A stretch of DNA of 23,943 nt from Chiloscyllium plagiosum. Its lineage: Eukaryota. The notes beneath the pieces are model-generated. The model ran no database searches and had not been told where the DNA came from. It saw only the letters and a list, made by a program, of their open reading frames with translations. Below are positions 10,161 to 20,693 of this stretch, piece by piece (the first letter of the stretch is position 1; every line of letters starts with the position of its first letter). Where the stretch lies: positions 51,441,656 to 51,465,598 of the forward strand of contig NC_057719.1 of the NCBI RefSeq assembly GCF_004010195.1, given 5' to 3'. A program made the position numbers and the translations under genes.

Positions 10161-10432
10161 TCAATAAAGTCATAGAGGTGTTAACATTCACTTCGAGCAT
10201 GGACAGCAAACTGTTGGTTGGTGATCAGTTTAAACTGATTATGCAATATTGCTTGAGATTAATTTCTGTTGCTCCGAACATTTTTGTCAGTTAGCTTACC
10301 TAATATTTCAATACATTTATACTGTATATGAATCATTCTTGAAGGGAAGGCAGTTATTTATATGACCTTGGTTCATGTTAAATTTGGAATGTTTCAATGT
10401 GTTTGTTTTTATTCATGACTAATACAACTAAT

Positions 10433-11384
10433 TGTCACACCTTTCTGAGGTGGGGCTCTGAAATCAGACTCCTTATTCCCAGAGTCACCACAAATTTTTA
10501 ACATTTAATGAAAGTAACAATTTTTTAAAAATTTGCCTGTGTCTTTAGGCCTAGGTTAGCAGAAAGCATGGAGCAGATTTATGTACTTTAAAACAATAAT
10601 CACTTATTATAAATAAATAGATTTTAAATACAGGTGAACACAATGGATTATCGACATGTAATTCTGCTGGTTAAAACTCTAACCTTTTGTAAAACACCCC
10701 CTACACACACTTACAGTTACAATCAAAATGTGTTATGGGTGAGGGAAAAACTGGGAAGGCAATGGTCGCTGTCCCCAGGGATCCTTTTGGCTAGCTAAGG
10801 CTTGTTGCCCCTTATTTCCTCTTCTCCAGATACCTTCACTTGCTTGTAGGAAATACAGAGAGAATAGTTCACAACTCATAAAGTTTCTGACTTATTGATT
10901 AAGAGCAACAGTTTACGTTCCCTCAGTTGATGAGGGAACGTAAACTGCCTTTCTTCAGGCTTTAGGTTTTCTTTTACTATAGAGACGCCTCCCCTTCTGG
11001 AGACTTGAAGTCTCCTCCCTATCTCATTCATTCTTCCAAACAGCTACCTGGAAGCCAATCATATAGTTGTTGGCAGGCAGTAGGCCTTTGATATTGCCAA
11101 CAGGTTCCTATTCCATGGACTGGTCAGCTATTTGTTGCCAACCAAATTTCATTTTGTGCACACTCCATAGTGCCAGTTCACCTGCAACTAAATGTCACTC
11201 TTCAGTTTAACCAGCAACAGTCTGAACAGCACTTACTGTAAATGCTGGTAGCTTGCTTTTGAAAAGTGCATCAATCCCTTTCACACTCACTGATTTTTAA
11301 AACAATCCTTTCCCACTTCATAATCAGTCATTTCTTAGTCAAAAACAAAGGAAAATAAAAACATGCAGTCTTTAAATAATGGCA
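10433..11384. mobile_element. Possible solo LTR or other unclassified interspersed repeat
   Basis: Begins tgtcac and ends atggca (imperfect TG...CA termini), ~950 bp, non-coding. No TSD found. Confidence 0.25.
10909..10947. repeat. Perfect 17-bp inverted repeat with 5-nt loop
   Basis: cagtttacgttccctca-gttga-tgagggaacgtaaactg. Confidence 0.95.
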
Positions 11385-11386
11385 GA

Positions 11387-11540
11387 CATAGGAACATTGA
11401 TTATCCGAACGAGGTGGGCAGGCACTATTTTGTTCGGATAATTGATTATTCAGTTAATTAATTCAATGCCTTTCCTCTTGGGCTCAGAGGTTTCTTTTAA
11501 GTCTGCTTCCCGTTCAGGAGACGAGGCAGCAGCACACTAC
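11387..11540. mobile_element. Tc1/mariner (Tigger/pogo-like) terminal fragment
   Basis: cataggaacattgattatccgaac resembles a CAG..GAACCTCGATTATCCGAAC-type TIR, with subterminal inverted copy gttcggataat at 11432-11442. The other end is not seen. Confidence 0.55.
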
Positions 11541-11653
11541 TTTATCAATCTGGCTTTATCTGATCTTAGAATATAACAGTAAGATACTAGCATTTAAAAA
11601 ACTGAGGTTTACTGATTGTCAGACAATCTGACACCTTGTATTATATTTTACAG

Positions 11654-11704
11654 TTGAGAGATATGAAATTAAGCACAGATAATAATTTGCTATCTGTATT
11701 ATGA
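11654..11704 (+). CDS. Candidate terminal coding exon (LRDMKLSTDNNLLSVL*) of an unidentified host gene
   Basis: Branch-like ctgac (11628-11632) and ttatattttacAG acceptor (11652-11653). Followed by ~800 bp of repeat-free U-rich sequence and AATAAA at 12494-12499. The frame is uncertain (alternative xERYEIKHR*). Confidence 0.35.
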   Translation: MRDMKLSTDNNLLSVL

Positions 11705-12493
11705 TTGTTTGAGGGCAGGTCTGTAAATAACAAATTAGATCTAATTAGTTGTGAAATATAAACAGTAACCAATCCTGATTTTACATTCTTTTTTCTACAA
11801 CGGGACTGACTCCAGTCTGAAGAATAGTCCAAAAACATGGAAATTTCCTTGAACTTTGTGAAATTATTTGCTTGATTTTTGCTGTATATTTTAATTATGT
11901 TGTGATTCCTAAGATTTGGACATTATTGTTGAAGATGCCTGATCTTCATCACTTTATAATTTTGTGGCATTATGTTTTGTTCAGTTGTAGATATAAACTG
12001 ATAATTTCTTTAAGTTAGTTAAAGTTTAATTACATTCACTTTTTTAACTGAATCGCTTATGATTTATACATTTTTGTATATCAATTGAGTTGTTTCTATG
12101 TGAACGACTTAAGTGATTTTAAAGTTTTTTTTGGTTTTTAATATGGATCCTTATCATTTGTTTTGTTTGTTTAAACGGTTTGATATTGCTTGTGTAAAAA
12201 ATAGTTTTCCTCCTGCAATTTTGAAGATGCTATATGGTGTAATGATGCAAATGCTGTTTGCTCAGTTGGGTTATTTTCTTTGTATTTTCTATATTCTGTC
12301 TTGTGAAGGCATCGGTTTTACCACCTGTATAATAATCGTGAGACTAACATCCTTAATTGTAATTCATCTCTCTAAAGACTTCCTTGGCATTTTCTGCTGA
12401 ATTGGTGAATTGGTTCCACTATTTCCTGCTATACCCTTTTCTGTATTTTTGTATTTCTTCAGTAACACATTTAATCATTACAGTGGCATGTTT

Positions 12494-12499
12494 AATAAA
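12494..12499 (+). terminator. Candidate polyadenylation signal
   Basis: AATAAA at the end of the U-rich 3'UTR-like tract. The hexamer is common by chance in AT-rich DNA. Confidence 0.3.
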
Positions 12500-12745
12500 T
12501 ATATAATATATAATCCTGTTTATACTTATATTTCCAGTTCATTTAATGGCCAAAAGTCTGCCTGCAGAAAGTTTATATTGGATTCCAATCAGTCCACTTC
12601 ATTACTTCATCTATGATTAGTATGAATTTTGTAGGAAATTTTTGCTCTAAGTCTGAAGCTGTAGTAACATAACTGTGGCACAAGGTGGTGATGGTGTGCT
12701 TTACATTTATTCTGACGCTTAACAATGGAAGAGGTGTCCTTTCTT

Positions 12746-12914
12746 TTGTTTAGATCAGAGTGGCGTTGGAAAAGCACAGCAAGAATCCTGATGAAGGGCT
12801 TTTGCCTGAAATGTCGATTTTCCTGCTCCTTGGATGCTGCCTGACCTGCTGTGTTTTTCCAGCACCACTCTGATCTAAACTCTGGTTTCCAGCATTTCAG
12901 TCCTCACTTTTACC
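12746..12914 (+). mobile_element. 169-bp Penelope-derived mini-element with 5' inverted segment and hammerhead
   Basis: 15-bp TSD gaggtgtcctttctt (12731-12745, 12915-12929). 12748-12781 is an inverted copy of 12847-12880. The element ends cttttacc. Confidence 0.88.
12785..12819 (+). ncRNA. Minimal hammerhead ribozyme motif (near intact)
   Basis: atc-CTGATGA-a-gggc-tttt-gcct-GAAAT-GTC-gat. Two C>T changes give G-U pairs, and stem I atc/gat pairs. Confidence 0.7.
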
Positions 12915-13038
12915 GAGGTGTCCTTTCTTGTCTGTTCAATTTGCTGTAGGGTGGGTTGTGAATCACAGACCATGATTATGCAACACCAGCACATTGGTTG
13001 TTAAAAAAAAATGGCATGGCAAAGTCACTGAGTCCATC

Positions 13039-14063
13039 AGAACAAAGAACAATACAGTACAGGAACAGGCCCTTCCGCCATCCAATTTGCCCTTCCATGC
13101 TAAAACTATTTTCATTACAGGATCTATGTCCCTCTATTCCCTTTCTATTCATGCATTTGTCTAGGATGTTTCTTGAATGCTGCTATTGTGCCAGTTTCAA
13201 CCACTTCCTCTTGCAACGGATTCCAGGCATTCACCACCCATTGTATGAAAACTTGCCTCGCACATCACTTTTACATTTTCCCCCCCTCACACCTTCAACC
13301 TGTGTCACCTAATAATTGACCCTTCCACCCTGGGAAAAAGCCTCACAAATTCCACTCTATCCATGCCATTCACAATCTTATGAATGTCGTACCTCAACGT
13401 CCTGCATTCCAATGAAAATTTACCCTGTCTATCCAATCTGCCTTCATAGCAACAATCCCCCATACCACGCAACATTCTGGTAAACCTTCTCTGTACCCTC
13501 TCCAAAATATCCACATCCTGGTAATGTGGGGACCAAAACTGTACACAATACTCCAAGTGTGGATAACCTAAGTTCTATAAAGCGACAGCATAACTTGTCT
13601 ATCTTTATACTCAGTGCTCCTGCTAATGAAGGCAAACATGTCATAGGCCTTTTTTACTACCTTATCTACCTGCATTGCCACCTTCAGTGATCTGTGGACT
13701 TACACACCCAGATCTCTCTGCATATCTATACTCCTAAGGGTTCTGCCATTCACTGTATAATTTCCACCTGCACTTGACTTTTCAAAATGCATCACCTCCC
13801 ATTTGGCCAGATCAAACTCCATCTGCCATTTTTCTGCCCATGCCTCCAAGTGTTCTATATCCTGCTGTATTCTCTGACAATCCTCCTCACTATCCACAAC
13901 TCCACCAAACTTTGTATCATCCACAAATTTATTAATTAGACCAGCTAATGAACAGGAGAGGTCCCAGCACTGATCCCTGTGAAACACCACTAGTCACAGC
14001 CCTCCATTCTGAAAAGCATCCTTCCACCGCTACCTTCTATCTCCTATGACCAATCCAGTTCTG
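13039..14063 (-). mobile_element. 5'-truncated CR1 LINE, different subfamily (agaacaaagaac tail)
   Basis: KFVDDTKFGG, WQMEFD..KWEVMHF, EYCVQFWSPHY, LERVQRRFTRML in the ORF track. Confidence 0.9.
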
Positions 14064-14772
14064 TAATAATGTATATAAATTAATTCTCAATACATGATTA
14101 AACGAAAGATCTACAGAGTTGATTGTTAATTCAATTTTAATCCATTGGTTCATTCAAACATATTTTCAAACTATTTCCTTAAACAATAATATCTTTACAT
14201 ATAATCATAGTTCTGCACATCAACATTAATAGTAAAGTAAATATATATTATAGTTAATTATTTGTCAGTTTGGCTTATTTAGCCCAGAACATGGTTTCAG
14301 TGTTATGAAATTGCCATATCATTGTGGGGAGCACACTCCTAAGACTTTAAGGTAAAAGATATGACTTTTAAAAATTAAGTATGTGCATGATTCCATTACC
14401 ACATAAGCTCAGACTGCTACCGTTGTTACTGAGGATATCAGTGTTTGAAAGATTTTTCAGAGTGTGATAACAGTCCTGGTCTGGACTGTATCCGGAGTCT
14501 TGGAGGAGTGGTAGTAAAAATGACAAAGTTGTTGTTTTCCATCAGAATGACGCTATCCTCCCATTATTGTCTGCCAGCAAGCCAGAGAAACAGGTCCTGC
14601 CCATGCTGAGATGGTGTAACCTGACGCTGGCTCTTCTCAGTCAAGAGCGGCTTGAGATCACAGTTCAAGGTTGTCTGCAATCACCTCCACTGAAAATCAC
14701 CCACTTTCCATCAGCCAAGCTGGAGCAGCGATGTGTGTGAGCACCTGGACAGACAAACATACATAGAGACAG

Positions 14773-15709
14773 GAGAAAGTGAGGACTGCAGATGCTGGAG
14801 ATCAGAGTCGAGAATGTAGTGCTGGAAAAGCACAACAAGTCAGGCAGCATCCGAGGAGCAGGAGAATTTATGTTTCGGGCATAAGTCCTTCATCAGGAAT
14901 AAAGCTTGTGGGCCAAGGAGGCTGAGCGATAAATGGGAGGGGGGGTGGGGTGGGGCTGGGGAGAAAGGTAGCTGAGAGTGCAATAGTTGGAAGTGGAGGT
15001 AATGTAATAGGTTGGAGGATGGAGCGGATAGGTGGGAAGGAAGATAGACAGGTCAAGAGGGCGATGCCAAGATGGAAGGCTGGATCTGGGATAAGGTTGG
15101 TAGAGGGAAAATGAGGAAACTCATTGAAATCCACTTTGATCCCATGTGCTTTAAGGGTCCCAAGGTGGAAGATGAGGCGTTCTTCTTCCAGGTGGTGGGT
15201 GGTAAGGGTTTGGCAATGGAGGAGGCCCAGCACCTGCAAGTCCTTGGGGGAGTGGGAAGGGGAATTAAAGTGTTTGGCCATGGGGTGGTGGGATTGCTTC
15301 ATGTGTGTGTCCCGGAGATGTTCTCTGAAGCATTCCGCAAGTAGGCGTCCTGTCTCCCCAGTGTAGAGGAGACTGCATCGGAGGCAATGATACAGTAAAT
15401 GATGTGTGTGGAAGTGCAGATAAATCTCTGACAGATGTGGAAGGCTCCTTTGTGGCTTGGAAGGAGGTGAGGAGGGAGGTGCAGGTGCAGGTTTTGCAAT
15501 TCTTGCAGCAGCCTGGGGAAGGTATCGAGAGTGGAGGGTGGGTTAGTGGGGGTGTAGACCTGACAAGAGAGTCATGAAGGGAATGGCTTTTACGGAATGC
15601 AGATAGGGGTAGTGGGGTCTGTTTGTAAGTGGTGGAAATGGCAGAGGATAATGCAATGTATCTGGCGGTTGGTGGGGTGGAAGGTGAGGGCCGGAAGGGT
15701 TCTATCCTT
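14773..15709 (-). mobile_element. 5'-truncated Penelope-like element with GIY-YIG endonuclease remnant and 3' pLTR
   Basis: 16-bp TSD acatacatagagacag (14757-14772, 15710-15725). Frameshifted C..CKTC, FICTSTHIIYCI...YTGETGR, HPMAKHFNSPSHS, EERLIFHLGT. Degenerate hammerhead at 14865-14900. Confidence 0.9.
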
Positions 15710-15955
15710 ACATACATAGAGACAGCACTAAAGGAATACAGTACATTAAGGTGGTCAGTTGATTTTTGTATTGTGGGATAATTTGTAAATTTGATGGAGA
15801 ATGTTAATATTGTTGCAGCTTTTACTTTAACATTTTGGTGAAGGCCACATTACAAAGTTTCAGCAGAAGGACTGCAAGGAATGATGCTGTTGGTGACTAG
15901 GATATTGGGGCTGAATTCACTAGGACCATAATCATATGAGTTGGTCACAACTAAC

Positions 15956-15987
15956 CTAGCCGTAATGGTAGCTAGCCGTAATGGTAG
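15956..15987. repeat. Perfect 16-bp tandem duplication
   Basis: ctagccgtaatggtag x2. Confidence 0.95.
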
Positions 15988-16029
15988 CGTGGGGGTTGTC
16001 TCCTTCAATCCTTCTCCTCAACTGTCCAC

Positions 16030-17730
16030 TTGCTCTCCAATGGCCAGAGCTGTACCTTGATGGCTGAAACATCGAGATTCCTCCAGGAGTGTTTGGAGAA
16101 CAAAAATGATAGCTTGCTCAGTCACATTTTGTGTGGCAGTGTGGCTTTCACTACATGTGTGCCACCCTGTTATGTGTGTGTGCACCAGAATCAGGAGTTA
16201 TACAATCAGTGGATAGCACTTACTGCCCAGTAGCCACCCTCTAGCTTCACATGATGCCTTATACACAGATGGTATAGTGGACTGCATCAGATAAAGACAT
16301 TGAAGAAATCCAAGCATTGACCTGGATGATGTGCTATTATGGTCACACACCAAAGGGATCCTGAGGGAGCAGAACTCCTTTCGGTTGCACTACACTTCAG
16401 ACTTGGGCACATGATACCTACAGAGCAATGAGTGAGTACTGCACAGTAGGGAGGTGCCAATAATATCAAAGCCACATTCTTGCCATACCTGCTTCACTCT
16501 GGCAGGAGAAGATCAAGTGTACTTGACTCTTTCCACTCTAAGAGGGCCTCAGTGCTCTCCCTTATACAGGAATGAGCAGTGAACTGGTAGATATGCAAAC
16601 ATCGCTTGCACTTCTTGTCATCATTTATATAAATGATTTGGATGTGAGCATAAGAGGGAGAGTTAGTAAGTTTGCTGATGACACCAACATTGGCGGTATA
16701 GTGGACAGCGAAGAAGGTTACCTCAGATTACAACAGGATCTTGATCAGATGGGCCAATGGGCTGAGGAGTGGCAGATGGAGTTTAATTTAGAGAAATGTG
16801 AGGTGCTGCATTTTGGGAAAGCAAATCTTAGCAGGACTTATACACTTAATGGTAAGGTCCTCAGGAGTGTTGCTGAACAAAGAAACCTTGGATACAGGTT
16901 CATAGCCTCTTGAAAGTGGAGTCGCAGGTAGATAGGATAGTGAAGAAGGTGTTTGGTATGCTTTTCTTTATTGGTCAGAGTACTGAGTGCACGAGTTGGG
17001 AGGTCATGTTGCGGTTGTACAGGACATTGGTTAGGCCACTGTTGGAATATTGCGTGTAATTCTGGTCTCCTTCCTATCGGAAAGATGTCTGAAACTTGAT
17101 AGGGTTCAGAAAAGATCTACAAGGATGTTGCCAGGGTTGGAGGATTTGAGCTATAGGGAGAGGCTGAACAGGCTGGGGCTGTTTTCCCTAGAGTGTCGGA
17201 GGCTGAGGTGTGACATTATAAAGATTTATAAAATCATGAGGGGCATGGATAGGATAAATAGAAAAAGACTTTTCCCTGTGGTGAGAGAGTCCAGCACGAG
17301 AGGGCATAGGTTTAGGGTGATGGGGAAAGATATAAAAAAAACCTAAGGGGCAACTTTTTCACACAGAGTGTGGTATGTGTATGGAATGAATGGGCTGGGT
17401 GCTGGCAGGTGGGACTAGATTGGGTTGGGACATCTGGTCGGTATGGACGGGTTGGACCGAAGGGTCTGTTTCCATGCTGTACATCTCTATGACTCTATGA
17501 CTAGTCTCTAAGGAGTCTGACTTTATGGTCACGATTACCTTCACAACAGCTGATAGGCTGTCCTTGCCTACCCAGACTACAGAGCACGACAGATATTAGT
17601 GAGCACCTTCTTGGTGAATTGCAGATACTTATTGCATTGTTCCTTGCTGAAGTTGAGGCAGGAGAGTTGTTCCCTGAATGCCCTGTCAGTTATAGCCTCC
17701 TGCTGAGAAGGCCCTCTCCCCCTCTTCATT
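16030..17730 (-). pseudogene. Decayed PIF/Harbinger (HARBI1-like) transposase, split by a CR1 insertion
   Basis: Manual minus-strand translation: RAFREQLSCLNFSKEQCNKYLQFTKKVLTNICRAL (~17580-17685), NRKEFCSLRIPLVCDHN (~16337-16386), ARGWLLGSKCYPL (~16207-16245). These are collinear with HARBI1-type NRKGFHSLNVQLVCDH and GWLLGDKGYPL motifs. Confidence 0.7.
16607..17502 (+). mobile_element. 5'-truncated CR1/HER1 LINE with internal deletion near 17388
   Basis: IYINDLDV..SKFADDT..LQQDLD..WQMEFN; ctctatgactctatgact tail. Confidence 0.93.
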
Positions 17731-17766
17731 CTCTGTCATTGTTCAACATGATCTGCTCGCTGTTAT

Positions 17767-18040
17767 AAAAACAGAAAATGTCTGGAAAAACTCAGCTAGT
17801 CTGGCAGCATCAGCAGAGAGAGAAATAGTTAATGTCGTGACTCAAGACTGACTCTTCATCAGAATTGAAAAGAATTGGAAAATTATTGATTTTACGCTTG
17901 CAAGGGGGGGGGAGGAAGAGAAGGTAGAACTCATGGTGAGCATGTTCAGAACATGAGAAAAAGGAAGTGATAACAGTAGTAAATGAGTTATAGAGATGTA
18001 AAATAGATGTAAATGTTAGTTGCTGGAAGTCTGCTCTGCT
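17767..18040 (-). mobile_element. Old Penelope-like pLTR region with degenerate hammerhead
   Basis: aaaacagaaaatgtctggaaaaactcagctagtctggcagcatc...gactcttcatcagaa (CTGATGA on minus). The right boundary is approximate. Confidence 0.6.
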
Positions 18041-18233
18041 CTTTGTTCAATTTCACTATCATGCTGGATGCAAATCATTGTGCTGAATACTGGAACCGAA
18101 TGGTCTAAACTGTAACTCACAAATCAACTCTAAGATTTCCACCTTGTGCAATACCAGGAGACTTTTTCAATTTTACATAACAGTACAAACCACCAAATTC
18201 ATCTACAATTACAGCTTAGCCAGTAGTCATCAG

Positions 18234-18276
18234 TTATAAAATCATGAGGGGCATCGAGAAGATGAATAGCAAAGGA
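18234..18276 (+). mobile_element. Tiny CR1 fragment
   Basis: ttataaaatcatgaggggcat is identical to 17226-17246. Confidence 0.6.
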
Positions 18277-19191
18277 CTCCCATTAAATTTTGTACCTTGA
18301 AGCATAGCTGAAATAGCAAAAATGAATTAAAGTGCTGTAGCATTGATGGTTTCAAATCCAAAAGGAGAAATTAAGGGATCTTTAGACATTGTAATGTATG
18401 ATGAAACCACGAGGTGGAAGTAGGAATTAAGAAGGGGATCTAGGTTTATGTACTCTAAATCTTAACCACCAATAGTGTTTGGCTAGTAATACTTGTTTTG
18501 GTTAATGATTTTGTTATATGGAAATATACAATAACATTTGCTTTTGTTCAAAAGGTGAAAGCTTATGGTGAAGTTCTTTTAGTTTATCATTAGGTTATCA
18601 ATTTTCTCTTTAAACATAATGGTCTCAGTAGAGCTAGTAAAAAATTAAAAGTGGAATATGTAGTTAAAAGAGGAATAAATTAACATGGAATCAGATCAAG
18701 CACTTGGAATTAGAACTACTGCTCCAGTTAGATGTGTACACATTTCTAATAATCAATTGAAATTAAGGTTCTGCAGCTGGTCTCAAAGTCTCTGGAATGA
18801 TATGAATAACATCAAAGAGGATTCCCACACTAATTACTAACTAGGAGACCCTGCTAAGAGATAGATGCCAGGTGAAGACAGGACTTAGTCTGGCTGCCAA
18901 CAGCCACTGGATGTTGTCCAAGAGCCGACAGCAACTGTGGTTTCAGTTTAGGAAAGAAGAACATTATTTAAATTGCTTTACAAGACAAGATATTCAGAGA
19001 GAGAATCTTGTCATTCAAAACAAATATTCTCATACAATAAGAACAGAGTTAAGATTTTCCACTCCTATTTAATTAATAGGAATATTTATTAGTTACACAT
19101 CATGAGCACATAACTTGATGCTTCATATTAATTGTCATTACATAATACAATCTCCAGGTGGCATTACATTCACAGAAGTGAGCAATAAATT

Positions 19192-19391
19192 GTCACAGAG
19201 ACATAGAGATGAACAGCTCGGAAATAAACCCATTGGTCCAACTCATCCATGCCGACCAGATATCCCAACCTAATCTAGTCCCACTTGCCAGCACTCGGCC
19301 CATATCTCTCCAAACCCTTCCTGTTCATATATCCATCCAGGTACCTTTTAAATGTTGCAATTGTACTCGCCTCCACCACTTCCTCTGGCAG
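19192..19391 (-). mobile_element. CR1/HER1 3' end fragment
   Basis: Reverse-complement homologue of ~20003-20200. Confidence 0.9.
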
Positions 19392-19685
19392 TGTCAAAGG
19401 ATTAGGCCTAATTTTTAGGAGAAGAGGCCCTGAGTTTTGTCAGTTGAAAATGAGATGGGTAAAATTTGAGTACCCACTTTATTTCCATGGTTGACATGAG
19501 GCTATGAATAATGTCTGCACTGAATTAGTCTCTAAAACACTGCTGGTTGAGTAATGTTCAGGTTAACCATGTGCCCCAAGCACCTTCTCTTTTATAATTA
19601 TATAAAAGAGGTGTGGTCTCTACATTGGGGAAGTACGGCAATGCATTCAGGCTGCTGGACCATCACAATGGAGGATTGATGAGCC

Positions 19686-20206
19686 ATCGGAAAGATGCTG
19701 TGAAACTTGAAAGTGTTCAGAAAAGATTTACAAGGATGTTGCCAGGGTTAGAGGATTTGAGCTACAGGGAGAGGCTGAACAGACTGGGGCTGTTTTCTCT
19801 GAAGCGTCGAAGGCTGAGGGGTGACCTTATAGAGGTTTATAAAATCATGAGGGGCATGGATAGGGTAAATGGACAAAGTATTTTCCCTGTGATGGGAGAG
19901 TCCAGAACTAGAGGGCATAGGTTTAGGGTGAGAGGGGAAAGATATAAAAGAGACCTAAGGAGTAACATTTTCACGCAGAGGGTAGTATGTGTATGGAAAG
20001 AGCTACCAGAGGAAGTGGTGAAGGCTGGTACAATTGCAACATTTAAAAGGCATTTGGATGGGTATATGAATAGGAAGGGTTTGGAGGGATATGGGCTGGG
20101 TGCTGACAGGTGGGACTAGATTGGGTTGGGATTCCTGGTCGGCATGGACGGGTTGGACTGAAAGGTCTGTTTCCATGCTGTACATCTCTATGACCCTATG
20201 ACTCTA
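19686..20206 (+). mobile_element. 5'-truncated CR1/HER1 LINE with open ORF2 C-terminus
   Basis: RKDAVKLESVQKRFTRMLPGL...GADRWD* and ctctatgaccctatgactcta tail. Confidence 0.95.
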
Positions 20207-20210
20207 TATA

Positions 20211-20405
20211 TGCTCAGGGACCGAGCTTGCTGCTTCAGTGAAGCTGGCCAAGAGGCACTCGGTCATGAGGCAGAGGTCAGGAAGGAGGCTATGTTTCCAC
20301 CCGGGGGCATTCAGAAATCAAAAATGAGTCCAAAGTGCAGTACTCAGGACATGACTGGAAAACCAGAAAATGTATAAAGACATCACTCAAGTTGTCAAGA
20401 TGAGT
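20211..20405 (+). pseudogene. Decayed Harbinger-type Myb/SANT DNA-binding ORF N-terminus
   Basis: LRDRACCFSEAGQEALGHEAEVRKEAMFPPGG ... RT*LENQKMYKDITQVVK resembles R..RFS...LE.LV..V..R...LF ... RTW.QCRKKFNDL. Confidence 0.55.
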
Positions 20406-20596
20406 CAAAGAATCAAATCAAACACAGCTCCACTCCACCCAGATCTCAAAGTGGTCCGTGTGGAGATTATTCACTCAGAAGCAAAGCTGCCACTCAAGAG
20501 TCACCTCTAACAATCCCTCAGACCCTCACATACATATACTTCCACAACCCTACTGATACTACTGCTATTGAGCTTTGCCAGATACTTCACTCGAGC

Positions 20597-20693
20597 AAAA
20601 ACAGAAATTGATGGAGAAACTCATCAGATCTGGCAGCATCTGTGAAGAGAAAGCAGAGTTGATGTTTCCAGTCTAGTGACCCTTCTTCAGAAC
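20597..20693 (-). mobile_element. Old Penelope-like pLTR fragment with degenerate hammerhead
   Basis: Minus strand gttCTGAAGAagggtcactagactgGAAACATCaactctgctttctcttcacagatgctgccag. Confidence 0.75.

Noticed and set aside
12113..12616. Hydrophobic 95-aa and 68-aa ORFs as membrane proteins
   Set aside because: Non-ATG starts, and the hydrophobicity follows from T-richness. Better explained as 3'UTR-like or intergenic DNA.
14461..14610. Possible exon after tttttcAG
   Set aside because: No good donor site and no recognisable peptide in the frames I translated.
19613..20119. 168-aa ORF as a functional gene
   Set aside because: It is the C-terminus of CR1 ORF2 fused by chance to flanking DNA, with a GTG start and no RT core.
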